64,000 nt of DNA from Amphiscolops sp. MND2022 (GCA_964187785.1 OZ076409.1:71984001-72048000), one strand, 5' to 3'. Shown: positions 1 to 11,686, numbered from the stretch's first letter. Made by a program: numbers and translations. Notes: generated by a model not told the origin, from the letters alone.

Positions 1-177
1 GATGTCTTCTACTTTTATCATCATGCAAACGACCTTACCATGTCTCTCTTCTGTCGTCATTTGTACAACGCCACATAGCGTTCCGACGCCCACCGTCTGT
101 GGGCATGCCGAGGCATGCCCTTCGACGACGTATGCCAAATGAGCCATACCCGCACTCTGGAGTGCGGTAGCGGCTAG
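1..177 (+). repeat. Partial unit: 3' tail of an L' unit
   Basis: Matches 34124-34300 (end of the L' unit), including the cassette hairpin CCGCACTC-TG-GAGTGCGG; ends at CTAG 174-177. Confidence 0.9.
99..133 (+). promoter_or_regulatory. Invariant 35-bp junction core with 20-bp palindrome / p53-family-like response element (first of 27 copies)
   Basis: GGGCATGCCG (101-110) + AGGCATGCCC (111-120) matches RRRCWWGYYY x2 with 0 spacer and one mismatch. It is also a perfect 9-bp inverted repeat around GA. Unchanged in every copy I read. Function is inferred. Confidence 0.5.
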
Positions 178-208
178 GTGGGCGGGGGTAATTCCCCAAC
201 AAAAAAAT

Positions 209-236
209 CGGCCGGCGGGTCGGGTCCTGCCGGCCG
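209..236 (+). other. 5' subterminal hairpin, A/L form (CGGCCGGCGGG-TCGGGT-CCTGCCGGCCG)
   Basis: 11-bp stem with one G-T pair; variants present at the start of every A and L unit. Confidence 0.75.
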
Positions 237-2413
237 TCCAAAATCAAAATCCTCCTAGTAGAAAACGGCATGTCAAACGAGCTATTTTTTTATTTAACCA
301 TACGAATTTCACCATTTTTTGCATGCGGCCCTGAAATGGCCATACGAGACGAAGTTCCTGCTGACGTTTTGCGATGTAAATGTTTTATAAAAAGTTATGG
401 CCGATTTGTCACTTACCTAGAAGGGCAAAATGAGGAAAATTTTTACAAAGTCGCTGATAACTCAAAATGTGTTAATTTTTGGACTTTGACTGTGAAACAA
501 GCTTGGAACCTTCATTTCGTGGCTGGGGCATTGGACTGAACACAAAAGATGTAAAGTTTTTACGTTTTTTGAAAATTCGACATTTTTGAAATTTTTTTCA
601 CTACTATCAGTACCCCATATGTCAAAAACACCTCAGAAAAAAATTTTTATTTGCTTTAAATGGGAAACCTTGGTATCCATGGTTTCCGTCAGTACCTACT
701 CGCTGCCAAACGCTCAACAGTTTGCATCCAATGTGAAAATATAATTTTTTTCGAGGTCATAGGTGTTTCACAAGGATTTCTCAACTTAGTATCTATTTAC
801 AAATTGGTCATTTTGAACACATTATTTTCATCGAAGCGTGTCAGATACCACCCTAATGCTCACGAATGGGCCTACTGGCAACGTTGGAACCATTTTTAGT
901 AATAGAAAGTATTAAAAAAATATTTTCACCCGGTCTTCAGTCATTTTTCAGACATTCGGTACTTAACTTAGAAAAATTTCGCATCAAAAACCCATATTTG
1001 GTAGGGTCGAAATTTGAAATTCAGTTTTTTATGCAAAATTATTAACTCTGACGTAACCAGTGGAGCCCATGATACTCAAAAACACGATTGGGACTGGTAT
1101 CAGTGGCTCCAATAACATATGAGCCGCGATAAGACGTTATTCAGAGCAAACGCTCTAAATCGAAGTAAACATCTCTGAAGCCTGGGATCACAGTGAAATG
1201 TGATATCACCAAAAGTTTACTCTTTTTTGTCAATCACTATGTACACAGAGTGCGTAGGGTGAGTTTCAGGACTATAATGAGGTTTTTGAAGTAATCGCGC
1301 TGCTCAAGGGGTGGTATGAGACTATTTTTTCCCATATACTACTACATTTCCATAAATTTGCAGTCCATTGTCTTGGAAAGATAACTTCACAAAAACAATT
1401 TTTCTACTCTATTCAGTTATTAGAATAAAGTTGAACACTGTGGTTGATCAGAAATGCTCAATTCTTTTGGTTTTTTAAAAAATTCCTTCGCATTCGTTAC
1501 ATTTGTGGAAGGAAGGTTATCAGTAGCTCCAAAAAAAAACGAAATTTAGCACGAACAGACATGCAACGATGCAAAGCAAAAACGTTTTTACAACTTCCGA
1601 CGTCATTATTTTACCCAAGAAGATTGAAAATATCATTCGCAATGCTGTCATTCGCTATATATACGATCGCGGTCAATTTACAAACATTTAGATTTCATTG
1701 TTCTGCTTGAAAACCAATTTTTGTCAGGTCGAAATTTTAAATTTTGCCTGGGGAGCAATACCCTTCACGCTGAAGTAAACAGTGGGGCCCAAGTTACTCA
1801 AAAACAAGAAAGAGACTGCTACAATATGTCCTAATAACATATGGACCACGATAGTACGCTTTTCACACAAAAAACTCTCATCCGAAGTAAATATGTTGAA
1901 AGCTTTTAATCACCGTGAGAAGTGATTTCATCAAAAAATAACTCTTTTTTGTCAATCACTATTTACACAGAATTTGTAAAGTTAGTTTGAGTCATGAATT
2001 GAGGCTTTACCGTAATATGGGTTGCTCAAGGTGTTATATAAGACAAAAACTTCCTCTTTTCTACTAGCTTCTTCAAATATTTCAACCCTTTGTCACAATA
2101 AGTTAATATTCAAAATATCTTTGAAATGTATCTTTATGTTGGGGTGAAGTCTAAGAACAATAACTATGATCGAAGAATGCTAGTACTGGTGTTTGAACCA
2201 TGTCCGGATGAACAAATCACAAAATCATCAAAAAATTGTTCCCTTTTTTGGTTATTTTGGCAGTACTAAAAATGTTAGCTGATAAATAATTTTTTCGATG
2301 GCACCATTGGATTCCTCTCAAAAAGTTGGTTATATGACCTGTGTAATAACCCCGTATCTTTTCAATTTAAATATATTTAAAAAGCCAACTATTTTGACCA
2401 AAATCCTAAAAAT

Positions 2414-3675
2414 CATACCATTTCCTAAAAATTTTCAAATGCACCCCATTTGACGTATAAGATAAGCACAGAAAACTATCATTTACCGATCAACTCTACT
2501 CCCATTGTAAATTATTAGAATTTTGTTTAGAATGAATTTTGATGGATATTAAAAAAATTTTCAACCCTCCAAAAATGGGCCAAAATTACACGAAAAAATT
2601 GACCTTAAAATACCAAAATGTCAAAAAATCATCAAAACCACGGCTTCTTGGGGTTCTATCAACTCCGCGTGGTCCACAGAGTATGCTAAAACAGGTTTTA
2701 CCCGTTTTTGAGCAATATGTGAAAAAGCCGACATTTTTGGGAAAGAAAAACATACCATTTCCTAAAAAAATTCAAATGCACGTAATTTGCCGTATTAGAA
2801 TAGCACAGAAAACTATCACATACCAATCAACTCTACTTTCATTGCAGATGAACAGAATTTTGTTTAGAATAAATTTTACCGGATAATAAAAAAATTTGAA
2901 TCCTTCAAAAATGGGCCAAAATTACACGAAAAAATGAACCTTAAAAATTTAAAATGTCAAAAAATCATCAAAACAACAGCTTCTTGGGGTTCTATCAACT
3001 CCACGAGGTCCACAGAGTATGCTAAAACAGGTTTTACCCGTTTTTGAGCAATATGTGAAAAAGCCGACATTTTTGAGAAAGAAAAACATACCATTTCCTA
3101 AAAAAATTCAAATGCACGCCATTTGCCGTATGAAAATAGCACAGAAAACTATCACATACCAATCAACTCTACTTTCATTGCAGATGAACAGAATTTTGTT
3201 TAGAATAAATTTTACCGGATAATAAAAAAATTTGATTCCTTCTAAAATGGGCCAAAATTACACGAAAAAATGGACCTTAAAATTTTAAAATGTCAAAAAA
3301 TCATCAAAACCACGGCTTCTTGGGGTTCTATCAACTCCACGTGGTCCACAGAGTATGCTTAACCCGGTTTTACCCATCTTTGAGCAAAATGTGAAAATAC
3401 CGACATTTTTGGAAAAGAAAAAAAACCATTTTCTAATAAATTTCAAATGCACGCCATTTGCTGTATGAGAATAACATAGAAAGCTGTCACATACCGATCA
3501 ACTCTACTTCCATTGTAGATTATCAGAAGTTTGTTTAGAATAAATTTTGATGGATAATAAAAAAAATTGAATCCATCAAAAATGGGCCAAAATTACACGA
3601 AAAAATTGACCTTAAAATATCAAAATGTCAAAAAATCATCAAAACCACAGTTTCGTGGCGTTCTATCAACTCCAT
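2414..3675 (+). repeat. 336-bp central tandem subrepeat, ~3.8 copies (unit 1)
   Basis: ATGGGCCAAAATTACACG at 2575, 2911, 3247, 3582. Confidence 0.92.
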
Positions 3676-3963
3676 ATGATACCAAACCAGGTACTGCCAA
3701 TCGTTTGAGTTATAATAAAAAAACGTCTTTTTTGGCAAGAATTCCATACCATAAATAATAATCATGTTCCATATAAGAAGCGAATCATTTCAGATATATA
3801 CCCTGCTCATTTTTTTAATATTACCGATTATTAATTTAATAGATGTTTTGAATGTGAGCTTCCTAAAAGGTTCAGGTGTGATGATACGTAAATAGAACCT
3901 TAGTTTCATCGAAATCTCAATTGAATATGTCCAATCTTAACCATCAGATAACAAGAAACACTT

Positions 3964-4006
3964 AAGTACATTCCATCTCCCCATCGGGGGAGATGAGAAT
4001 GTACTT
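3964..4006 (+). other. L-class long hairpin (19-bp stem, one bulged A, ATCG loop)
   Basis: AAGTACATTC-CATCTCCCC-ATCG-GGGGAGATG-A-GAATGTACTT; also at 10712-10754, 33326-33368 and 48010-48052. Confidence 0.85.
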
Positions 4007-4937
4007 TCGAGAAGCCAAATACGTCCAACATTCAAACTTTTGTAACTTTGTATGTAACTCCTGAAACGAAGAAGGAATAAAATTGTTTCTGGTACATATA
4101 TGAGTCTTTACTTCAGCTTCTATTTCTGCTGAACAAAACCATTCGACTCTTTTGCCGGAGTTAAGATCGATTGTATTACCCAGTGAACAAAGGCATGACT
4201 GAAAACGTTTACTACTTTGTTCATAATTTTCCGGCCTTCCGAAATGATGAAACGTCCACATAACTAAGATAGCAAGTGAATGACTGCGAAATGCACCTTA
4301 TTAGATGAGGTAAATAACGTGTAAAACTCTCCTTTATCCTAACATGAGGTTGAGTAATGATCATTTGAGAATAGTTTGATATGTGAATACAATAGTATAA
4401 AACAAGTACATTTTATATGAATAACGCCGTGGAAAGCGTTCAGAAAGGACAGTAGGCTTGTTTGGAACATGTATGTGTGGTGTCCCTTGGTGGCGTTCGC
4501 TTAGTGTATATGTCGAGGGGTATTCGAGTTGTTATGATAGAATTTACACACAACTCTTTTGTTTTTTGTTTTTTTTAAATGTCGTTAAGTACCTGCATTC
4601 TATCCCCTTCTCAGAGATGACGTGAAGTTACGTTTGCTAAATAAATGTCATCGAAAGATCACACTCCCGACGAAATTAACTATCTTAACACGTGTTTAGA
4701 ATTTTAAATAAACAACCGTATAAGATTTTTATATTTCATTGAGTTTGATGAAGTCTTTTGTTCTTCTCACTACTATTTCAACCAATACACATATCCGTTA
4801 CCATATCACATGTCTCCATTAGTACAACGCCACATAGCGTTCCGACGCCCACAGTCTGTGGGCATGCCGAGGCATGCCCTTCGACGACGTATGGCAAATG
4901 GAGCCATGCCCGCCGTCTTTACGGCGGTAGCGGCTAG

Positions 4938-6926
4938 GTGGGCGGGGGTAATTCCCCAACAAAAATTACGGCCGGCGGGTTGGGTCCTGCCGGACGTTCA
5001 AATAGCGCGAAGCATCTAGTAGAAAACAAGGAGTCCTGAAACAGCGATTTTAAAATTGAACCGTTAGAATTTGGTTTTAGATTGCATGCGGCCCTAAAAT
5101 CCCCATACGAATGGAAGTTCCTGCTGGCGTTAAGCGATTGAAATAATATATAAAAAGTTATGGCCCATTTTTGGGTCACCGAGAAGGTCAAAATGAAGAA
5201 AATTTTAACTAAGTTGCTGATAACTCAAAATGTGTTAATTTTTGGACTTTGACTGTGAAACAAGCTTGGAACCTTCATTTCGTGTCTGTGGCATTGCACT
5301 GAACACAAAAGATGTAAAGTTTTCACATTTTTTGAAAATTCGACATTTTTGAATTTTTTTTCACTACTATCAGTACACTATATGTCAAAAACACCTCTGA
5401 AAATTTTTTTTTATTGCTTAAATTTAGCAACCTCGGTATCCATGGTTTCCGTCAGTACCTACTCGCTGCCAAACACTCAACAGTTTGCATCCAATGTGAA
5501 AATAAAATTATTTTCGAGGTCTTAGGTGTTTCACAAGGATTTCTCAACTTAGTATCAATTTACAAATTGGTCATTTTGAACACATTATTTTCATCGAAGC
5601 GTGTCATATACCGCCCTAATGCTCACGAACGGGCCTACTGGCAACGTTGGAACCATTTATAGTAATAAAAAGTTTTAAAAAAATTTTTTCACCCCGTCTT
5701 CAGTCATTTTACACACTTTCGGAACTTAACTTAGAAAAATTTCAACCAAAAACCCATTTTTTGTCAAGTCGAAAATTCAACTTCAGCTTTTTAAGCAAAA
5801 TAAATAAATCTGACATAACCAGTGGGGCCCATGAAACTCAAAACCACGATTGAGACTGGTATCAATGGCTCCAATAACATATGAGTCGCGATAAGACGCT
5901 ATTTTGAGCAAAACATCTCAATTGAGGTAAAGATCTCGCAAGCCAGCGATCACTGTGAAATGTGATTTCATCAAAAATTTACTCTTTTTTGTCAATCACT
6001 ATGTGCACAGAATGCGTAGGGTGCGTTTCAGCACTATAATGAGGTTTTTGAAGGCATCGAGTTGCTCAAGGGGTGGTATGAGACATTTTTGTCCCATATA
6101 CTACTGTAGTTTCCAAAAATTTTACCCCAATATCTGGAAATACAAACTTGACAAAATACTTTCAATTACTTTATTCAAAGGTTACAATATAGATGAACAC
6201 TGTGGTTGATAAGAAACTTTCATCTCTTTCGTTTTCGGAAATATTTCCGTTCGCATGTGTTACATTCATAGCAGAAAAAAAAATCGAAACTGAAAAATAT
6301 GCTATTTTGCTGATATAGAATCGCAATGATTGTGCCTAAAAACTCTTTAAACACTTCTAACGCAACCTTACGCACCCAAAATGATCGAAAATGCTATTCA
6401 CAATGGTGACATGTGCTCTTTCTACGATCCTGGCTGGACAAGGTTTGCATATTTTTCAAGTACCTGTCAGCTAAATCTTGTGATAGCCTTTTCAGTTGGC
6501 CTTGTGTCAACTTGGGAAGGCTATCACATCAAAAAACCATCAACAAAAATAATTTTTGTTTATTGGATCTTACAGTCGATACTTTTTTTCGTGATTCTAT
6601 ACTACCGTTAGTATATTTCATCAGGTCACCTTACGATTGCATTCAGTCTTTGATAAAAACCTATGAACTCAAAGTCACATTTATATAGTTTTTTGCCAGA
6701 AAATAACATCAAAAATATCTAAAATATATAAAATAGAGTCTTTAACATTTTTACGTTTCAAGTTTTTGCCGTTATTAGACCAATCAACGTCCTAGAGCCA
6801 CATCCTGCCACATACTGTACAACGCCACATAGTGTTGCGACGTGCACAGTCTGTGGGCATGCCGAGGCATGCCCTTCGACGACGTATGCCGAATACCGCG
6901 GGCCTACGCCCGCGCTCCCCGGCTAG
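4938..6926 (+). repeat. Unit 2, class A (1989 bp)
   Basis: Junction to junction; A interior; ends with CGCGGGC-CTAC-GCCCGCG hairpin + CTAG. Confidence 0.92.
6479..6528 (+). other. A-class long hairpin ~370 bp upstream of the core
   Basis: TGTGATAGCCTTTTCAGTTGGC-CTTGT-GTCAACTTGGGAAGGCTATCACA; ~22-bp stem with G-T pairs and one bulge; present in all A units. Confidence 0.85.
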
Positions 6927-9900
6927 GTGGGCGGGGGTAATTCCCCAACAAAAAAATCGGCCGGCGGGTCGGGTCCTGCCGGCCGTCCAAAATCAAAATC
7001 CTCCTAGTAGAAAACGGCCGGTCAAACGAGCTATTTTTTTATTTAACCGTTAGAATTTGGGTTTAGATTGCATGCGGCCATGAAATGGCCATACGAATGG
7101 AAGTTCCTGCTGACGTTTTGCGATTGAAACACTTTATAAAAAGTTATGGCCAATTTGTCATTCACCTAGAAGGGCAAAATGAGGAAAATTTTAACAAAGT
7201 CGCTGATAACTCAAAATGTAATAATTTTTGGACTTTGACAGTGAAACAAGCTTGGAACTGTCATTTCGTGGCTGTGGCATTGCACTGAACACAAAAGATG
7301 TAAAGTTTTCACATTTTTTGAAAATTCGACATTTTTGAATTTTTTTTCACTACTATCAGTACACTATATGTCAAAAACGCCTCTGAAAAAAATTTTTATT
7401 TGCTTAAAATTAGAAACCTTGGTATCCATGGTTTCCGTCAGTACCTACTCGCTGCCAAACGCTCAACAGTTTGCATCCAATGTGAAAATATAATTTTTTT
7501 CGAGGTCATAGGTGTTTCACAAGGATTTCTCAACTTAGTATCTATTTACAAATTGGTCATTTTGAACACATTATTTTCATCGAAGCGTGTCAGATACCAC
7601 CCTAATGCTCACGAATGGGCCTACTGGCAACGTTGGAACCATTTTTAGCAATAGAAAGTATTAAAAAAATATTTTCACCCGGTCTTCAGTCATTTTTCAG
7701 ACATTCGGTACTTAACTTAGAAAAATTTCGCATCAAAAACCCATATTTGGTAGGGTCGAAATTTGAAATTCAGTTTTTTATGCAAAATTATTAACTCTGA
7801 CGTAACCAGTGGAGCCCATGATACTCAAAAACACGATTGGGACTGGTATCAGTGGCTCCAATAACATATGAGCCGCGATAAGACGTTATTCAGAGCAAAC
7901 GCTCTAAATCGAAGTAAACATCTCTGAAGCCTGGGATCACAGTGAAATGTGATATCACCAAAAGTTTACTCTTTTTTGTCAATCACTATGTACACAGAGT
8001 GCGTAGGGTGAGTTTCAGGACTATAATGAGGTTTTTGAAGTAATCGCGCTGCTCAAGGTGTGGTATGAGACTATTTTTTCCCATATACTACTACATTTCC
8101 ATAAATTTGCAGTCCATTGTCTTGGAAAGATAACTTCACAAAAACAATTTTTCTACTCTATTCAGTTATTAGAATAAAGTTGAACACTGTGGTTGATCAG
8201 AAATGCTCAATTCTTTTGGTTTTTAAAAAAATTCCTTCGCATTCGTTACATTTGTGGAAGGAAGGTTATCAGTAGCTCCAAAAAAACGAAATTTAGCACG
8301 AACAGACATGCAACGATGCAAAGCAAAAACGTTTTTACAACTTCCGACGTCATTATTTTACCCAAGAAGTTCGAAAATATCATTCGCAATGCTGTCATTC
8401 GCTATATATACGATCGCGGTCAATTTACAAACATTTAGATTTCATTGTTCTGCTTGAAAACCAATTTTTGTCAGGTCGAAATTTTAAATTTTGCCTGGGG
8501 AGCAATACCCTTCACGCTGAAGTAAACAGTGGGGCCCAAGTTACTCAAAAACAAGAAAGAGACTGCTACAATATGTCCTAATAACATATGGACCACGATA
8601 TTACGTTTTTCACACAAAAAACTCTCATCCGAAGTAAATATGTTGAAAGCTTTTAATCACCGTGAGAAGTGATTTCATCAAAAAATAACTCTTTTTTGTC
8701 AATCACTGTTTACACAGAATTTGTAAAGTTAGTTTGAGTCATGAAATGAGGCTTTACCGTAATATGGGTTGCTCAAGGTGTTATATAAGACAAAAACTTC
8801 CTCTTTTCTACTAGCTTCTTCAAATATTTCAACCCTTTGTCACAATAAGTTAATATTCAAAATCTCTTTGAAATGTATCTTTATGTTGGGGTGAAGTCTA
8901 AGAACAATAACTATGATCGAAGAATGCTAGTACTGGTGTTTGAACCATGTCCGGATGAACAAATCACAAAATCATCAAAAAAATGTTCCCTTTTTTGGTT
9001 ATTTTGGCAGTACTAAAAATGTTAGCCGATAAATAATTTTTTCGATGGCACCATTGGATTCCTCTCAAAAAGTTGGTTATATGACCTGTGTAATAACCCC
9101 GTATCTTTTCAATTTAAATATATTTAAAAAGCCAACTATTTTGACCAAAATCCTAAAAATCATACCATTTCCTAAAAATTTTCAAATGCACCCCATTTGA
9201 CGTATAAGATAAGCACAGAAAACTATCATATACCGATCAACTCTACTCCTATTGTAGATTATTAGAATTTTGTTTAGAATGAATTTTGATGAATATTAAA
9301 AAAATTTTGAACCCTCCAAAAATGGGCCAAAATTACACGAAAAAATTGACCTTAAAATACCAAAATGTCAAAAAATCATCAAAACCCAGGCTTCTTGGGG
9401 TTCTATCAACTCCGCGTGGTCCACAGAGTATGCTAAAACAGGTTTTACCCGTTTTTGAGCAATATGTGAAAAAACCGACATTTTTGGGAAAGAAAAACGT
9501 ACCATTTCCTAAAAAAATTCAAATGCACGTCATTTGCCGTATTAGAATAGCACAGAAAACTATCACATACCAATCAACTCTACTTTCATTGCAGATGAAC
9601 AGAATTTTGTTTAGAATAAATTTTACCGGATAATAAAAAAATTTGAATACTTCAAAAATGGGCCAAAAATACACGAAAAAATGGACCTTAAAAATTTAAA
9701 ATGTCAAAAAATCATCAAAACAACAGCTTCTTGGGGTTCTATCAACTCCACGAGGTCCACAGAGTATGCTAAAACAGGTTTTACCCGTTTTTGAGCAATA
9801 TGTAAAAAAGCCGACATTTTTGGGAAAGAAAAACATACCATTTCCTAAAAAAATTCAAATGCACGCCATTTGCCGTATGAAAATAGCACAGAAAACTATC

Positions 9901-11686
9901 ACATACCAATCAACTCTACTTTCATTGCAGATGAACAGAATTTTGTTTAGAATAAACTTTACCGGATAATAAAAAAATTTGATTCCTTCTAAAATGGGCC
10001 AAAATTACACGAAAAAATGGACCTTAAAATTTTAAAATGTCAAAAAATCATCAAAACCACGGCTTCTTGGGGTTCTATCAACTCCACGTGGTCCACAGAG
10101 TATGCTTAACCCGGTTTTACCCATCTTTGAGCAAAATGTGAAAATACCGACATTTTTGGAAAAGAAAAACATGCCATTTTCTAATAAATTTCAAATGCAC
10201 GCCATTTGCTGTATGAGAATAACACAGAAAGCTGTCACATACCGATCAACTCTACTTCCATTGTAGATTATCAGAAGTTTGTTTAGAATAAATTTTGAAG
10301 GATAATAAAAAAATTTGAATCCATCAAAAATGGGCCAAAATTACACGAAAAAATTGACCTTAAAATATCAAAATGTCAAAAAATCATCAAAACCACAATT
10401 TCTTGGCGTTCTATCAACTCCATATGATACCAAACCAGGTACTGCCAATCGTTTGAGTTATAATAAAAAAACTTCTTTTTTGGCAAGAATTCCATACCAT
10501 AAATAATAATCATGTTCCACATAAGAAGCGAATCATTTCAGATATATACCCTGTTCATTTTTTTAATATTACCGATTATTAATTTAATAGATGTTTTGAA
10601 TGTGAGCTTCCTAAAAGGTTCAGGTGTGATGATACGTAAATAGAACCTTAGTTTCATCGAAATCTCAATTGAATATGTCCAATCTTAACCATCAGATAAC
10701 AAGAAACACTTAAGTACATTCCATCTCCCCATCGGGGGAGATGAGAATGTACTTTCGAGAAGCCAAATACGTCCAACATTCAAACTTTTGTAAGTTTGTA
10801 TGTAACTCCTGAAACGAAGAAGGAATAAAATTGTTTCTGGTACATACATGAGTCTTTACTTCAGCTTCTATTTCTGCTGAACAAAACCATTCGACTCTTT
10901 TGCCGGAGTTAAGATCGATTGTATTACCCAGTGAACAAAGGCATGACTGAAAACGTTTACTACTTTGTTCATAATTTTCCGGCCTTCCGAAATGATGAAA
11001 CGTCCACATAACTAAGATAGCAAGTGAATGACTGCGAAATGCACCTTATTAGATGAGGTAAATAACGTGTAAAACTCTCCTTTATCCTAACATGAGGTTG
11101 AGTAATGATCATTTGAGAATAGTTTGATATGTGAATACAATAGTATAAAACAAGTACATTTTATATGAATAACGCCGTGGAAAGCGTTCAGAAAGGACAG
11201 TAGGCTTGTTTGGAACATGTATGTGTGGTGTCCCTTGGTGGCGTTCGCTTAGTGTATATGTCGAGGGGTATTCGAGTTGTTATGATAGAATTTACACACA
11301 AGTCTTTTGTTTTTTGGTTTTTTTAAAATGTCGTTAAGTACCTGCATTCTATCCCCTTCTCAGAGATGACGTGAAGTTACGTTTGCTAAATAAATGTCAT
11401 CGAAAGATCACACTCCCGACGAAATTAACTATCTTAACACGTGTTTAGAATTTTAAATAAACAACCGTATAAGATTTTTTTATTTCATTGAGTTTGATGA
11501 AGTCTTTTGTTCTTCTCACTACTATTTCAACCGATACACATATCCGTTACCATATCACATGTCTCCATTAGTACAACGCCACATAGCGTTCCGACGCCCA
11601 CAGTCTGTGGGCATGCCGAGGCATGCCCTTCGACGACGTATGGCAAATGGAGCCATGCCCGCCGTCTTTACGGCGGTAGCGGCTAG
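6927..11686 (+). repeat. Unit 3, class L (4760 bp)
   Basis: Near-identical to unit 1 apart from a different 5' allele; 336-bp subrepeats at ~9161-10423. Confidence 0.92.

Larger units (their letters stand above)
178..4937 (+). repeat. Unit 1, class L (4760 bp)
   Basis: Bounded by CTAG|GTG junctions; near-identical to 6927-11686 and 44224-48984 beyond the 5' end. Confidence 0.92.

Noticed and set aside
99..180. CRISPR-like look: 35-bp partly palindromic repeat followed by a 34-40 nt variable spacer
   Set aside because: Repeats are 2-4.8 kb apart, the variable segments recur and are related to one another, and there are no cas genes or leader.
178..236. Kinetoplast minicircle conserved blocks, telomere repeat or G-quadruplex at the G-rich 5' end
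   Set aside because: I saw no GGGGTTGGTGTA (CSB-3) and no tandem telomeric repeats. The G-runs are separated by a long loop and are better explained by the compensated hairpins.
3816..3824. TAATATTAC (geminivirus/CRESS-DNA origin nonanucleotide) in L units
   Set aside because: It is not in a stem-loop, lies in AT-rich context, is altered in unit 19 and is absent from L', A and B.
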